DNA of 24,962 nucleotides from a virus. Taxonomy: Duplodnaviria; Caudoviricetes. Shown piece by piece: positions 1 to 8,648 of the stretch. The stretch covers positions 1 to 24,962 of IMG/VR virus record IMGVR_UViG_3300012952_000128, one strand, 5' to 3'. Below the pieces are notes generated by a model. The model had not been told where the DNA came from. It made no database searches and worked only from the letters and a program-made list of their open reading frames with translations. Every line of letters begins with the position of its first letter. The first letter of the stretch is position 1. The position numbers were made by a program, and so were the translations under genes.

Positions 1-344
1 AGCTCGACCTCGCTCGGGGCGATGCCCGGGGTGACCTGCTCGAAAATCCGAAACTCGATGGTCCTCGTGGATCGGTCGTAGCTGTGAACGATCATCTTGA
101 ATGAATCGTTCGGAGCGCCCGGCATGAACGCGGTGCAGACGCCCGCGATGTCGAGTGACCCTTTGCCAGGCAGCGTCACGAGGTAGCGAAACTGACCAGG
201 CGCGGGCGAGTCAAAATCCACCTGACATTGCGGCGGGGTGACCTGCAGGCGTCCCGGGTCGGAGAGCACTTGCAGATGACCCGCGAGGAGGACGTCTCCA
301 GGCCCCATCGTGGTGAAAAAGTCTAGCGGTCGTTGGATCGGCAT
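1..344 (-). CDS. Hypothetical (probable virion) protein, 3' end runs off the window
   Basis: Not in the ORF track. ATG at 344-342 overlaps the upstream TGA (TGATG coupling). The frame MPIQRPLDFFTTMGPGDVLLAGHLQVLSD... stays open to position 1. Lies downstream of the capsid gene. Confidence 0.75.
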   Translation of the reverse strand, partial: MPIQRPLDFFTTMGPGDVLLAGHLQVLSDPGRLQVTPPQCQVDFDSPAPGQFRYLVTLPGKGSLDIAGVCTAFMPGAPNDSFKMIVHSYDRSTRTIEFRIFEQVTPGIAPSEVE

Positions 345-1621
345 CAGTCGTCCTTCTTCTTCGAGGGCTTGAGCGGCGGCCCGGAGAGCTTCGGAGCGGG
401 GGAGGGGGAGGAGCTCACGGTCGGCACGCCGAGGTTTGACCAGGCATCCCCCAGGTCATAAATCGGGCCGTCCGTGCTATCGATCGCCGTGGTGTTCTTT
501 TGCATCACCTGCAGATTGATCGCGGGCGGAAGCCTGGGCAGATCCAGAGGGTCGTTCAGGTACGGATTGACGCCGCCCCGCGGGAGCGGGCGAGGCGCGA
601 CCATCGGAGAGCCACCAGGCGCGACAGGCGCGACAGGCACCGAGCACCATACGCGGATGATCGGGGCGGCCTTGGCCACGAGCTCAAACTCCCCAGAGGG
701 TAGCTCCGTCTGCGACAGCGACGTAATCACTGCGCTGAGCTGCGTCTGTACGACCGCAGGGCGCTGGCGGAAAGCCTCGGCCTCACCCGAGCTCCATGGG
801 AACCTATAGGGCGTAAGGGTAGGCGCGATGACCCCAGCGTAGGGCGCGGTGTAGTAGTTATCTCCCGTGGGCGCAGCGCCCAGAGATAACGAGCCGGAGA
901 CCGGGCCTCTGGCCGCGTTGACGGTCTGGACGCCACCAGGCCCCCAATCGACCTCGGGGTGATACTCGCTGAGCGCGTTGCCGCTGACGCTGGCGGTCAC
1001 CCAGAAGGTCCGCTCAAGCGCTCGCTGGAAGCTCGCAATCGCGGTGTGCTCCCAGTTAGACGACGTGATCTCTGAGGATCCGAAATCCGCGGTGATCTTG
1101 TACGGCGGGAGCTCCCAGTTCAGGCCCACCTCGTAATAGGCGAGCTCTCCGAGCTCGTCCTCGCCCGGCCCACCCAGCACGCCGCATACGACCTGGCCAT
1201 GTGTCGATCCGAGGTTGGTGTCATCGACCAGGCCGAACGGGTAAAGGCCATTCGTAGGCCACGCTTCGGCGAGCGTCGGGCTGGTCACGTTAGAGACGAA
1301 GAGGCCGAGCGCTTCGCGGTAGGGCAAGCGCCGCGTGCCCGAGCCCGTGACGAACACACCCAGGCTCGTGGCGTTGTATGGCTGGCGCTGGATGTTGAAC
1401 GTCTGGGTCGGGCCGCTCGTGATGACGCCCGGGAATGGAAACGCGACAGGGAGCAGCGGATCGGTAAACGCGGGCGGCTTCGTCAACATCTCCGATGCGC
1501 CAGGTAGATACTCCTCATCGAAGGAGCCAGGCGTGCCCGCGAGATGCGAGAGAGAGAACGCCGCAAACACACGACCGGAGCCGTGCGCGTGCGGAAAATT
1601 TTTGTTGCTCATATTCGGCAT
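344..1621 (-). CDS. Pro/Gly/Ser/Thr-rich hypothetical protein, probable virion structural or decoration protein
   Basis: 425-aa ORF with GGAG upstream, directly after the major capsid gene. Function inferred from position only. Confidence 0.7.
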   Translation of the reverse strand: MPNMSNKNFPHAHGSGRVFAAFSLSHLAGTPGSFDEEYLPGASEMLTKPPAFTDPLLPVAFPFPGVITSGPTQTFNIQRQPYNATSLGVFVTGSGTRRLPYREALGLFVSNVTSPTLAEAWPTNGLYPFGLVDDTNLGSTHGQVVCGVLGGPGEDELGELAYYEVGLNWELPPYKITADFGSSEITSSNWEHTAIASFQRALERTFWVTASVSGNALSEYHPEVDWGPGGVQTVNAARGPVSGSLSLGAAPTGDNYYTAPYAGVIAPTLTPYRFPWSSGEAEAFRQRPAVVQTQLSAVITSLSQTELPSGEFELVAKAAPIIRVWCSVPVAPVAPGGSPMVAPRPLPRGGVNPYLNDPLDLPRLPPAINLQVMQKNTTAIDSTDGPIYDLGDAWSNLGVPTVSSSPSPAPKLSGPPLKPSKKKDD

Positions 1622-1635
1622 TGCGACGTTCTCCA

Positions 1636-1665
1636 GAGCGAGGCGGCGGTAAGACCGCCTCGCTC
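1636..1665 (-). other. Strong GC-rich stem-loop after the capsid gene (mRNA stabiliser, processing site or weak terminator)
   Basis: GAGCGAGGCGG (1636-1646) pairs perfectly with CCGCCTCGCTC (1655-1665), 8-nt loop. No U-tract follows on the minus strand. Confidence 0.6.
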
Positions 1666-1671
1666 AGCTCA

Positions 1672-2907
1672 TCACGTGGCGAGGGCGATCCGGGCATTCC
1701 AGCCGGGCGCCGTGTTCCCAAGTTGTGAATAATATCCACACCTTACGGTCACACTGTCCGCATTATCAGTACGCAAGAACCGTAGTCCGTCAGTCATGAG
1801 GATCTTCGGTGCCATGCCCAGCGAATACAGCTTCCATGTGTCCATCTGGACCATGTAAGCGACGCCGGTGGGGCAGTTGGGATCGGCGACCACGCTGACC
1901 TGGCCGCTCGGGGTGTAGACGCGGACCGAGTCGAAGAAGACCTCGGCCACGTCGCTGGAGCGGACCACGTCGTAGACGACCTTGGACCCGAGGGACTTAA
2001 TGAGCTCGCTGTATGACAGCGGGTTCATAAATACCATGTCCGGACGGCCGCCTTCTCTAAACAGAAGCGAGCCAGCGCCGATCAACGCTTCCTCGATGGT
2101 CTCGGCGGTGCCATCATATCGCTGACCTGCGAGGCGGCTGGCATCAATTCCACGATCCACTTGGAAGAAATCTGGCGTCACACCAGACACCGGAGCGGTC
2201 GCCGGAAGCCAGCCAGCCAGGCCAGCCATCTTGAGCGGGTCGCCGCCGTTCGCCGCGTCGCCTAGCTGGAACAGCGCGTCGCCGATGGCGATACCAGCGA
2301 GAGCGGTGACGGTAAACGTTCCATTGTCGCGGTTGATGGTGTCGATGGTCGTACCGATACCACCGCCGGTCGTCGCCGCTGCGGGGGTAGCCGCTGCGAC
2401 AGACACGAGCGTCATGCCGACCTCGAAGAACACGATGTCTGACGGGTTGGTCAGCGTGATCTCGTTGACGACGATATTGGCTACCTCGCCGCGAACACCA
2501 AACTGGTCGCGGTAGAGGTTGCCAGCGAGGTCCTGAGTGAGGGAGCGGAGCGCTCCATCAATCTCGGAAGCTGCGGCCTCCATGAACGCATTTGGACGAC
2601 CCACCGAGGCTTCGAGAGTCTCGTTATCGATGGCTGCGACCGAGTAGTTCCGGACGCGCTTCAGAACGAAATCGGTGTACTCGCCAGGCGTCTGAACGTT
2701 CTGGTTGTTCGCGTCGGTGAACGTCGCCGAGCGTCCCTGCGGCGTTCCAAACTGCACCGGGATGGGCAGGTTCTTACCGCCGAAATACTCGTATTTCGGG
2801 ACGGCCGCGAGGAATGGGTTGTTGCGGTACACGAGGTTCTTGACGCGAAGGTCCGTGTAATGGACCTTGAGCGCCGCCTCAAATGATTCGAGATTGAGAG
2901 CTGTCAT
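1672..2907 (-). CDS. Major capsid protein
   Basis: 411 aa, in portal-scaffold-capsid order, with strongly biased codons and tandem TGA TGA stops. Sequence pattern (LKVHY...NPFLAAVPK, GLAGW, VADPNCP, YSQLGNTAPGWN) resembles HK97-fold coat proteins. Confidence 0.85.
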   Translation of the reverse strand: MTALNLESFEAALKVHYTDLRVKNLVYRNNPFLAAVPKYEYFGGKNLPIPVQFGTPQGRSATFTDANNQNVQTPGEYTDFVLKRVRNYSVAAIDNETLEASVGRPNAFMEAAASEIDGALRSLTQDLAGNLYRDQFGVRGEVANIVVNEITLTNPSDIVFFEVGMTLVSVAAATPAAATTGGGIGTTIDTINRDNGTFTVTALAGIAIGDALFQLGDAANGGDPLKMAGLAGWLPATAPVSGVTPDFFQVDRGIDASRLAGQRYDGTAETIEEALIGAGSLLFREGGRPDMVFMNPLSYSELIKSLGSKVVYDVVRSSDVAEVFFDSVRVYTPSGQVSVVADPNCPTGVAYMVQMDTWKLYSLGMAPKILMTDGLRFLRTDNADSVTVRCGYYSQLGNTAPGWNARIALAT

Positions 2908-2916
2908 TTTTCAGGC

Positions 2917-3711
2917 CTATCCTTCCCACGACAAAAGCTTTGCGGCCTCTGCGAGACTGGCATCGCGATTTAGGTTGGGATCCTGGCGCAAGCGCTGGTT
3001 TTCCTCGGTCTGCATCGCGTTTGTCAGCGTGGATGATGGCGCAGGAATCGGAGCGGGAGGCTTCCCGCCGTTCCCCTGCAGTTTGTCTTGGATAAGCTTT
3101 CGAGTCGCTTCGGACTCCAAGAGCTTATCGATTTGACCGGTGAGATGGGCCTCCACTTTACGAGCGGCCTCCTGCTCACTCATGACCTCTCCGGTGCTTT
3201 GATGGTGCTGCGTCATGAGCTGCCAGACCTGATCAGCGCTCCCAGTAATACGGGTGAGCGGAGTATCCTCCGCGCTGCTGATATAGGTTCTGACCTGCTC
3301 CCGAGCCTCTGTCAGTGCCGCATCCATCCTCGCTTGATCGGCGGCCTCACGTTGCTGACTGAGCTCCTGGCGCATCTGCGCCATCTCGTCGCGGATACCC
3401 GCGACAGGATCTTCCTGGGTGGCCAGGCGCTTCGATACATCCTCGCGCTTGATGCCCGAGCGCTCAAGGAACGCCACCGGGTCGGCCTTCGCCAGCTGCT
3501 GCAGAGCTTGGCTCTGCTGTACGGCAGCGTGCTGGTCCTCGGCAATCTGCCGGGCCTCGCGGCTGCTCTTTTCCTGCGCCATCAGCGCCCGGAGAGCCTC
3601 GGCGGCCTTGGGGGTGTTGATGTAGTCACGATCCGCACGCGGATCGGCTGCAGGGGTTTCCGGCGCTTCACTTGCCGGTTCACTCGTTGTCGGTGTTTGC
3701 TCGTCTGACAT
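2917..3711 (-). CDS. Capsid scaffolding protein (putative)
   Basis: 264 aa, with acidic/Pro-rich N-terminus, Gln/Glu/Ala-rich coiled-coil core and short C-terminal helix. Lies between portal and capsid. Confidence 0.7.
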   Translation of the reverse strand: MSDEQTPTTSEPASEAPETPAADPRADRDYINTPKAAEALRALMAQEKSSREARQIAEDQHAAVQQSQALQQLAKADPVAFLERSGIKREDVSKRLATQEDPVAGIRDEMAQMRQELSQQREAADQARMDAALTEAREQVRTYISSAEDTPLTRITGSADQVWQLMTQHHQSTGEVMSEQEAARKVEAHLTGQIDKLLESEATRKLIQDKLQGNGGKPPAPIPAPSSTLTNAMQTEENQRLRQDPNLNRDASLAEAAKLLSWEG

Positions 3712-3719
3712 TGCGTTCC

Positions 3720-5552
3720 TTAGACCGGCATGGTGCCGTCAGTAGCGCCAATTGCTGTAGGCGGCGCTCCACCCATCCCCGGAGCCGGTGGGGCTCCAGG
3801 CATCATCATCCCCTGCGCATTCGCCAGCGCTTGCTGTCTCGCCTGCTCCATCATCAGGTGCGTCTGCGCGAGGTACTCACGCATCAAGGAGAGCCGCTCG
3901 GGCTCGACGTTGTTTTGCTCCGCCTTCATGAGCGCGGCGGTGACCTTCTTCAGGGCGAGCTGATGGTCCTGATAGGGCTCGGGCGGTGTATAGACGCCCT
4001 CGTCGAGCATGAGCTCGACGTTCCGGTCGATGAGCGTGGACGCGGCCCGGTCCAGGCTTAGCTTTGCTTCGAGGTCCGGGAAGTCGAGCAGGTCCTTTGC
4101 TTCCTCGGGACCGACCAGGCCGAGGGCGATCATCTGCTCGACGAACGCCAGGCGGCCACTCGGGGTGACCGGCAGGCTGGAGCTCGGGTGCACCTTGAGG
4201 ACATAGCTGTCAGCGTCCATGTCCACGGCCTCCCAGTCGACCACGTCGATCGTCTTGGAGTCCTTCGCCACCACCACGCTGTGTCGGTTGTCCTCGGAGT
4301 AGATGTCTTTCCCAAGGCCGACGACCTGGCGCGCAGCCTCGACAAAGAGCTCCTCATACTGGCGGCTCACAGTGGTGAATCTGAGGGACTCAACGTCCTG
4401 GTATTCGCGGAGCGCCGCTCCGCTGTTGAGGCCGGCTGGCTTCATGCTCGTGGCTGCCATCTGGCTTATGCCTGCGATCTCGAATGAGCGGTTATACAGC
4501 CGCTCAAGGTGGTCGAAGATCTCCCGGTTCAGACTCGGCGGCGTCATCTGCACAGGCGGCTGACCGGTGTACGGGATGATGGTCCCGATCTCATTGTTGA
4601 AAAATGATTTGCGGATCTTGGAGCCGTTCTCGACGTAGATGCGGGGCACGCTCATCAAGTGAAACGCTCGCTGAATCTTCATCAGCAGTTTATTGATCTC
4701 GACCTGCATTCCCTGAATATCGCAGGCGACGCCCTCGCCCCAGAATCCAAGCATCGGGTCAGTCCAGCGCACGAACACGAACGGAAAGCTTCCCTTGTCC
4801 CACTGCTCATCCACGAGGGTCGCGTTGCTGATGCAAATGACGTGGCGGCCGTCCGTGGCACCTTCGCCTGATGGCAGGTGCCACGCTTCGAGCACTTCGA
4901 TCTGATCGACCAGGGTCGTGTTCCCGAAGTCGATGTTATCGGTGGTGCGGCTGGCCTGACGAATCTCAGCGGCGTGATTCGGGAACAGCCTCAGCAGCAC
5001 CTGGCGATCGATGAATTTACGCTGGTAGAAATTGCGGGGTGAGCCATAGAAGCCATCGACCGGGTCGACGAAGAGCTCGCCCGGAAAGACGCGCTCAAAC
5101 TGCACCTCGCTGCCCTTGCGGTAGATCTTCAGACAGCCCGTCCCGAGCACCGCCGCATCAAGCAGGACCTTCGGCGCGAGCTGGTAGAGGCCGCCCTGGT
5201 AGAACGCTTGATCTGTGAACTGCTCCAAGAGGCGCGCCCGCCGCTGTAGGCTCCAATTTCCCCCGTGAGTCAGAAACCGGGGCCTCGGGCGCTGCCTCGA
5301 CAGTCGAGATACTGCGGTGTCACAAACGGCCTTGATGACGTTCATCGTCACCCGAGCAGTATCGACAACCTGATTATGGGAAAACGGCGTGTATCCCCCA
5401 TACTCGCTGTTTCCATAGAGCCGCACATAGCGCAGCAGTGAGGACAGACGCAGCGTGTCAGCGGTCTCGATGACACGGAACGCCTCTACCACGTCGCCAT
5501 AAGGCTGGTCAGCGGTCCACCATTGTAAGGCGATGTATGGCTCTTCCTGCAT
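3720..5552 (-). CDS. Portal (head-tail connector) protein
   Basis: 610 aa between terminase and scaffold, with P22-like portal features (DAAVLGTGCLK, FPFVFVRW...GFWGEG, IAGISQMA...SGAAL) and a Gln/Met/Pro/Gly-rich C-terminal tail. Confidence 0.85.
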   Translation of the reverse strand: MQEEPYIALQWWTADQPYGDVVEAFRVIETADTLRLSSLLRYVRLYGNSEYGGYTPFSHNQVVDTARVTMNVIKAVCDTAVSRLSRQRPRPRFLTHGGNWSLQRRARLLEQFTDQAFYQGGLYQLAPKVLLDAAVLGTGCLKIYRKGSEVQFERVFPGELFVDPVDGFYGSPRNFYQRKFIDRQVLLRLFPNHAAEIRQASRTTDNIDFGNTTLVDQIEVLEAWHLPSGEGATDGRHVICISNATLVDEQWDKGSFPFVFVRWTDPMLGFWGEGVACDIQGMQVEINKLLMKIQRAFHLMSVPRIYVENGSKIRKSFFNNEIGTIIPYTGQPPVQMTPPSLNREIFDHLERLYNRSFEIAGISQMAATSMKPAGLNSGAALREYQDVESLRFTTVSRQYEELFVEAARQVVGLGKDIYSEDNRHSVVVAKDSKTIDVVDWEAVDMDADSYVLKVHPSSSLPVTPSGRLAFVEQMIALGLVGPEEAKDLLDFPDLEAKLSLDRAASTLIDRNVELMLDEGVYTPPEPYQDHQLALKKVTAALMKAEQNNVEPERLSLMREYLAQTHLMMEQARQQALANAQGMMMPGAPPAPGMGGAPPTAIGATDGTMPV

Positions 5553-5554
5553 AG

Positions 5555-5770
5555 CTATGAGGAATAGTATAGCAATTCCTCGTCGGGTATCTCTTCCTCT
5601 GTCGTCTCCTCGGGTTGCGGGAAAGAATCGCCGCTAATGTCCATGGCGATTTCTCCGATCTTGAATTGAGTTACCCCAAGGAACTTCAACTGTTTAACCA
5701 GGTTGATTAGCTCTGGAACTGTCTTGATCTCCAGACTCGGAGCTTTTTCCTCTTCACCATCCCGATCCAT
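5555..5770 (-). CDS. Small acidic hypothetical protein
   Basis: 71 aa with GGAGGTG RBS. Overlaps the terL end by 17 nt and fills the terL-portal gap. Confidence 0.7.
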   Translation of the reverse strand: MDRDGEEEKAPSLEIKTVPELINLVKQLKFLGVTQFKIGEIAMDISGDSFPQPEETTEEEIPDEELLYYSS

Positions 5771-7172
5771 CGCTCACCTCCAAATCATCCCACCACGTAC
5801 GATCAAGCTGCTTGTCTAGCAGCCGCTCTTGTTCCTCTTCGAGCTGGTCTTCCTGCTGTTTCCAGTACTCGGGTGAGCCATGCCTCGGGGCTTCCGGGAT
5901 GATCTCGTCACGCCAATACTGATGACACCACCGCCAGGCGTATAGATACGCGTCCGCTAGATGGTCCTCGCAGCGCTCGTGAGGGGCCAGGCGGTGATCA
6001 TCCCACTGCAGCGCGTGCAGCTCGTCGAGCAGCGGCCCGTTATATCCTTCGACGATGGAGGCCACCCCGGTGGTCATGTCCCCAGACAACAGCTCGATGT
6101 ATGCCCTCTTCTCGCGCTTCTCCGCGTTCTTGATCTTCAGTCCCCAGCGCTCGGACATCTCAGCGGCGTAGGCTTTGCCCAGGCCGCCCGCGTCAGCGAC
6201 GATTGATTCGAACCTGAATTGACTGTTCAGGTCGGAGACAATCTGGGCGACGTCGCTGGGGAGCAGCTTGGTCTTTTTGAACGACTCGACCACGACCAGG
6301 CGGCCGGTGGCGGTCGAGTAAGCGCAGATCACAAACGCGGTCGAGTCGATGTAACCGAGGTCGAGCCCGAGTACGTATTCCCACTCATCATCGGGCAGCT
6401 CGGCGATCACCGGGATGTTGGGATAGATGAGGCTGGAGCTGTCGCGGATCCATTGGCCTTTGTACTCGCGCAGATATGTCGGGTTCGATTGGCTCCAGCC
6501 ATAGCGCCTGCAGCGGTCCTCCAACCATTGCGCAGCTCGCGGTATGTGCGGGTTGTCGAGCAGCGTCCAGTGATGCACTGACCAGGCGGATTCAGGCTGG
6601 CTGGCGTCGTAGAAGAACCCTCGACAGATGGCGTTAGGCGTCCCGGCGAGAACAATGGAACCGTCATAATCGAGGACGGCGGGCTCAAGAACGTCGCTCA
6701 CGAGCTCGGCGAGGTAGCTCTTGAAGGCCTGCGCCTCATCGACCACCACCAGCGGGTATTTCGGGCCTCGTAGGCGCTGGATCTCTTCCTCGGTGCTCGC
6801 GCCCGTCAGGAAGATTTGCGAGCCATTCGGCAGCGTACACGAGAGCTCGGCGGCGTTGAATCGCAGCCCAAGCTCGTTGCGTCGGTCGAGCTCTTGAAAC
6901 ACGGGCCACACGATGCGCTTCGCCTGCTGGCGAGTGATCGAGATGACCGGGATCATCGACCCTTCGAACGTGAACGCGGTATCAAGCGCCAGGACTGACA
7001 GAGCGAAGCTCTTGCCCGCTCGGCGCGAACATAGAGCCACCTTCGTCTTGCTCTCGTCGTCCAGGAGCGCCCTCTGCTGCGGAAACAGGAGCTTGCGGAA
7101 GTCCAGGCTCGCTCTTCTTCTTGCGCGTTCGCTTGCCTCGGCCAGGATTCGGCGAGCTCTCCTCTGGTCCAT
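5754..7172 (-). CDS. terL: Terminase large subunit
   Basis: Q motif (LFPQQR), Walker A (CSRRAGKS), Walker B (VVVDEAQ), coupling motif (GTP), RNase H-like nuclease motifs (GLDLGYID, DHLADA). ATG 7172 (MDQRR) preferred over the track's TTG 7346; start uncertain. Confidence 0.93.
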   Translation of the reverse strand: MDQRRARRILAEASERARRRASLDFRKLLFPQQRALLDDESKTKVALCSRRAGKSFALSVLALDTAFTFEGSMIPVISITRQQAKRIVWPVFQELDRRNELGLRFNAAELSCTLPNGSQIFLTGASTEEEIQRLRGPKYPLVVVDEAQAFKSYLAELVSDVLEPAVLDYDGSIVLAGTPNAICRGFFYDASQPESAWSVHHWTLLDNPHIPRAAQWLEDRCRRYGWSQSNPTYLREYKGQWIRDSSSLIYPNIPVIAELPDDEWEYVLGLDLGYIDSTAFVICAYSTATGRLVVVESFKKTKLLPSDVAQIVSDLNSQFRFESIVADAGGLGKAYAAEMSERWGLKIKNAEKREKRAYIELLSGDMTTGVASIVEGYNGPLLDELHALQWDDHRLAPHERCEDHLADAYLYAWRWCHQYWRDEIIPEAPRHGSPEYWKQQEDQLEEEQERLLDKQLDRTWWDDLEVSDGSGW

Positions 7173-7362
7173 GCTGGAGCCAGATTGCTCGTGCGTAGGG
7201 GACTGCGATGGTGCGGGAGTCGGAGCGGATAAAGATCGTTTTTTCATCGGTCCAGATCTCCAACTTGTCCCCGGCCTTGAAGCGCTTCGAGGTGCGCCCC
7301 ATGCCCCTCCCCGGGTCAGGCGTGTAGTGCTCGAATTGAACGTCACTTACGTTGATTCTCAT
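6982..7362 (-). CDS. Hypothetical protein whose C-terminal half overlaps terL
   Basis: ATG coupled to the upstream stop (ATGA). The first ~65 aa look globular; the rest is a basic, low-complexity tail inside terL. Confidence 0.6.
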   Translation of the reverse strand: MRINVSDVQFEHYTPDPGRGMGRTSKRFKAGDKLEIWTDEKTIFIRSDSRTIAVPYARAIWLQHGPEESSPNPGRGKRTRKKKSEPGLPQAPVSAAEGAPGRREQDEGGSMFAPSGQELRSVSPGA

Positions 7363-7829
7363 GGCTCAGCTCCCCAATCCTCGGGTAGCGCTGTGAACAG
7401 CGCGTATGGGTTATAGATCCAGCCCTGGTCCTTTGGCCTCATGGCATCCCAGGCGGTGGTCTGATGGGTGGTGAATTTGAAGCGCACATCCTCATGCGCG
7501 AGCAGCTCATCAAGCATGAGCTGCATGAAACCCTGCTTTCGAAGCGAGTGCTTCACGTAGATGTAGTGCAGCATCAGGATCTGCGGCTGGCGCTCGACGC
7601 AGGCCCACCCAATGATTTGATCCGGGTCATCCATGTTGCACAGCACCAGCAGCAGCGAGCGCGGGATCAGCGTCTCCAGGAGCTTGTGGTGCATCTGGTA
7701 GTAGATGTCATTGGGCACGCCCTGGGTGAACGTACCCCCGGCCCGCATGGACTTGAGCCAGGAGTTGGTCACGAACGCGATATCCGAGCTGCGACCTTCC
7801 CGGAGCTGTACGACCTCCTCCTCAGTCAT
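7359..7829 (-). CDS. GNAT-family acetyltransferase-like protein
   Basis: 156 aa. IIGWACVE strand followed by LHYIYVKHSLRKQGFMQLML, matching GNAT acetyl-CoA-binding motif A. GNAT-like N-terminus QLREGRSSD. Confidence 0.65.
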   Translation of the reverse strand: MTEEEVVQLREGRSSDIAFVTNSWLKSMRAGGTFTQGVPNDIYYQMHHKLLETLIPRSLLLVLCNMDDPDQIIGWACVERQPQILMLHYIYVKHSLRKQGFMQLMLDELLAHEDVRFKFTTHQTTAWDAMRPKDQGWIYNPYALFTALPEDWGAEP

Positions 7830-8002
7830 CGCATGTAGCCCTTCACCACGGTCACGAGCGCCTGCACCTCGACCTGAAGCTCTTTGATGCGCTTCTCATG
7901 GCGGTCGATCTCCGCCATGATCCGCCGCACTTCGAACGAGATTTGCTCCACTCGGTGAACGGGTGAGCTTGTGGGTGGAACCGGGCGATCACCTACAGCC
8001 AT
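7826..8002 (-). CDS. Small coiled-coil hypothetical protein (58 aa)
   Basis: Below the ORF-track cutoff. GAGGAGG RBS; MAVGDRPVPP...IMAEIDRHEKRIKELQVEVQALVTVVKGYMR. Start and stop both overlap the neighbours' stop and start codons. Confidence 0.7.
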   Translation of the reverse strand: MAVGDRPVPPTSSPVHRVEQISFEVRRIMAEIDRHEKRIKELQVEVQALVTVVKGYMR

Positions 8003-8475
8003 CATTCCTCCTCGCCCTTCTCGGGCTTGAGTACCTGCAGATACTTCCGAGCTTCCTCGGCCTGCTCCAAGAGCTGAGCGTCCGAGAGCTGAGCAGGATC
8101 GGAGCGCTGCTCCTGGGCGCGCTCTTCCTTCATCAATTTGACGACGGCCTCGGTGACCTTGGCAAACTTGCCAGCCTCGGCAGCGGTGAGCTCCTCGCCC
8201 GAGCCGGTCTTAGCGCGCATCGCTGCGAGCTCCGCAGCGGCCACATGATACGCGTCCCCGAGGAGCTGGCCGATGTGAGGCCGAAGGCTCACCCGGTAGG
8301 TCCTGGCCTTCACCAGGCGCTCACGAGCGTGGATGTACTCAGTCGGATGAGCCCCATCATCCCTGCTGGGCTTGATGGGCGCTGGGCGCAGCTGTTCCTG
8401 CTCGCGCATGTACTCGTCAGCGCGCTCACCACTCTCGACGGTTACGATCCGCCTCCTGGGCTTGTCTTCGCTCAT
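8002..8475 (-). CDS. Putative terminase small subunit
   Basis: 157 aa, helical, first gene of the packaging/head operon, GAGGA RBS. C-terminal DPAQLSDAQLLE resembles the 'LSDEEL' tails of TerS proteins. Call is largely positional. Confidence 0.5.
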   Translation of the reverse strand: MSEDKPRRRIVTVESGERADEYMREQEQLRPAPIKPSRDDGAHPTEYIHARERLVKARTYRVSLRPHIGQLLGDAYHVAAAELAAMRAKTGSGEELTAAEAGKFAKVTEAVVKLMKEERAQEQRSDPAQLSDAQLLEQAEEARKYLQVLKPEKGEEE

Positions 8476-8495
8476 GTCCTCATTGCTCCGGTGAC

Positions 8496-8524
8496 AGGAT
8501 ACAGTAGTGCAGATTGCTTAACAA
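8496..8524 (-). promoter_or_regulatory. Candidate sigma70-type promoter for the packaging/head operon
   Basis: TTGTTA (8524-8519), 17-nt spacer, TATCCT (8501-8496), in an AT-rich patch ~20 nt before the ATG at 8475. Confidence 0.5.
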
Positions 8525-8614
8525 TTATCAAGATTGGTACGGATATTGCGCATTACAGTCCAGGTTCACTTTCCGGGATTGCCCTTAGGTTCCAATATCT
8601 TACATGCTAGTTCT

Positions 8615-8643
8615 TTCAATGATTTGGCGGAGTATGATAAACT
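8615..8643 (+). promoter_or_regulatory. Candidate sigma70-type promoter firing into the structured non-coding block
   Basis: TTCAAT (8615-8620), 17-nt spacer ending in TGn, then TAAACT (8638-8643), i.e. an extended -10. No credible plus-strand CDS follows. Confidence 0.45.
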
Positions 8644-8648
8644 CCCCC

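Noticed and set aside
617-638. Tandem CAGGCGCGA repeat
   Set aside because: Encodes PVAPVAP in a low-complexity linker; too short to need another explanation.
1622-1674. Possible readthrough or frameshift extension of the capsid into the 425-aa gene
   Set aside because: The capsid ends in tandem TGA TGA, no slippery heptamer is evident, and the downstream gene has its own RBS.
7963-8610. 215-aa plus-strand ORF and other long antisense ORFs (e.g. 3088-3708, 9559-10710, 12701-13291, 22904-23527)
   Set aside because: Shadow frames of well-supported minus-strand genes in high-GC DNA, without RBS or recognisable motifs.
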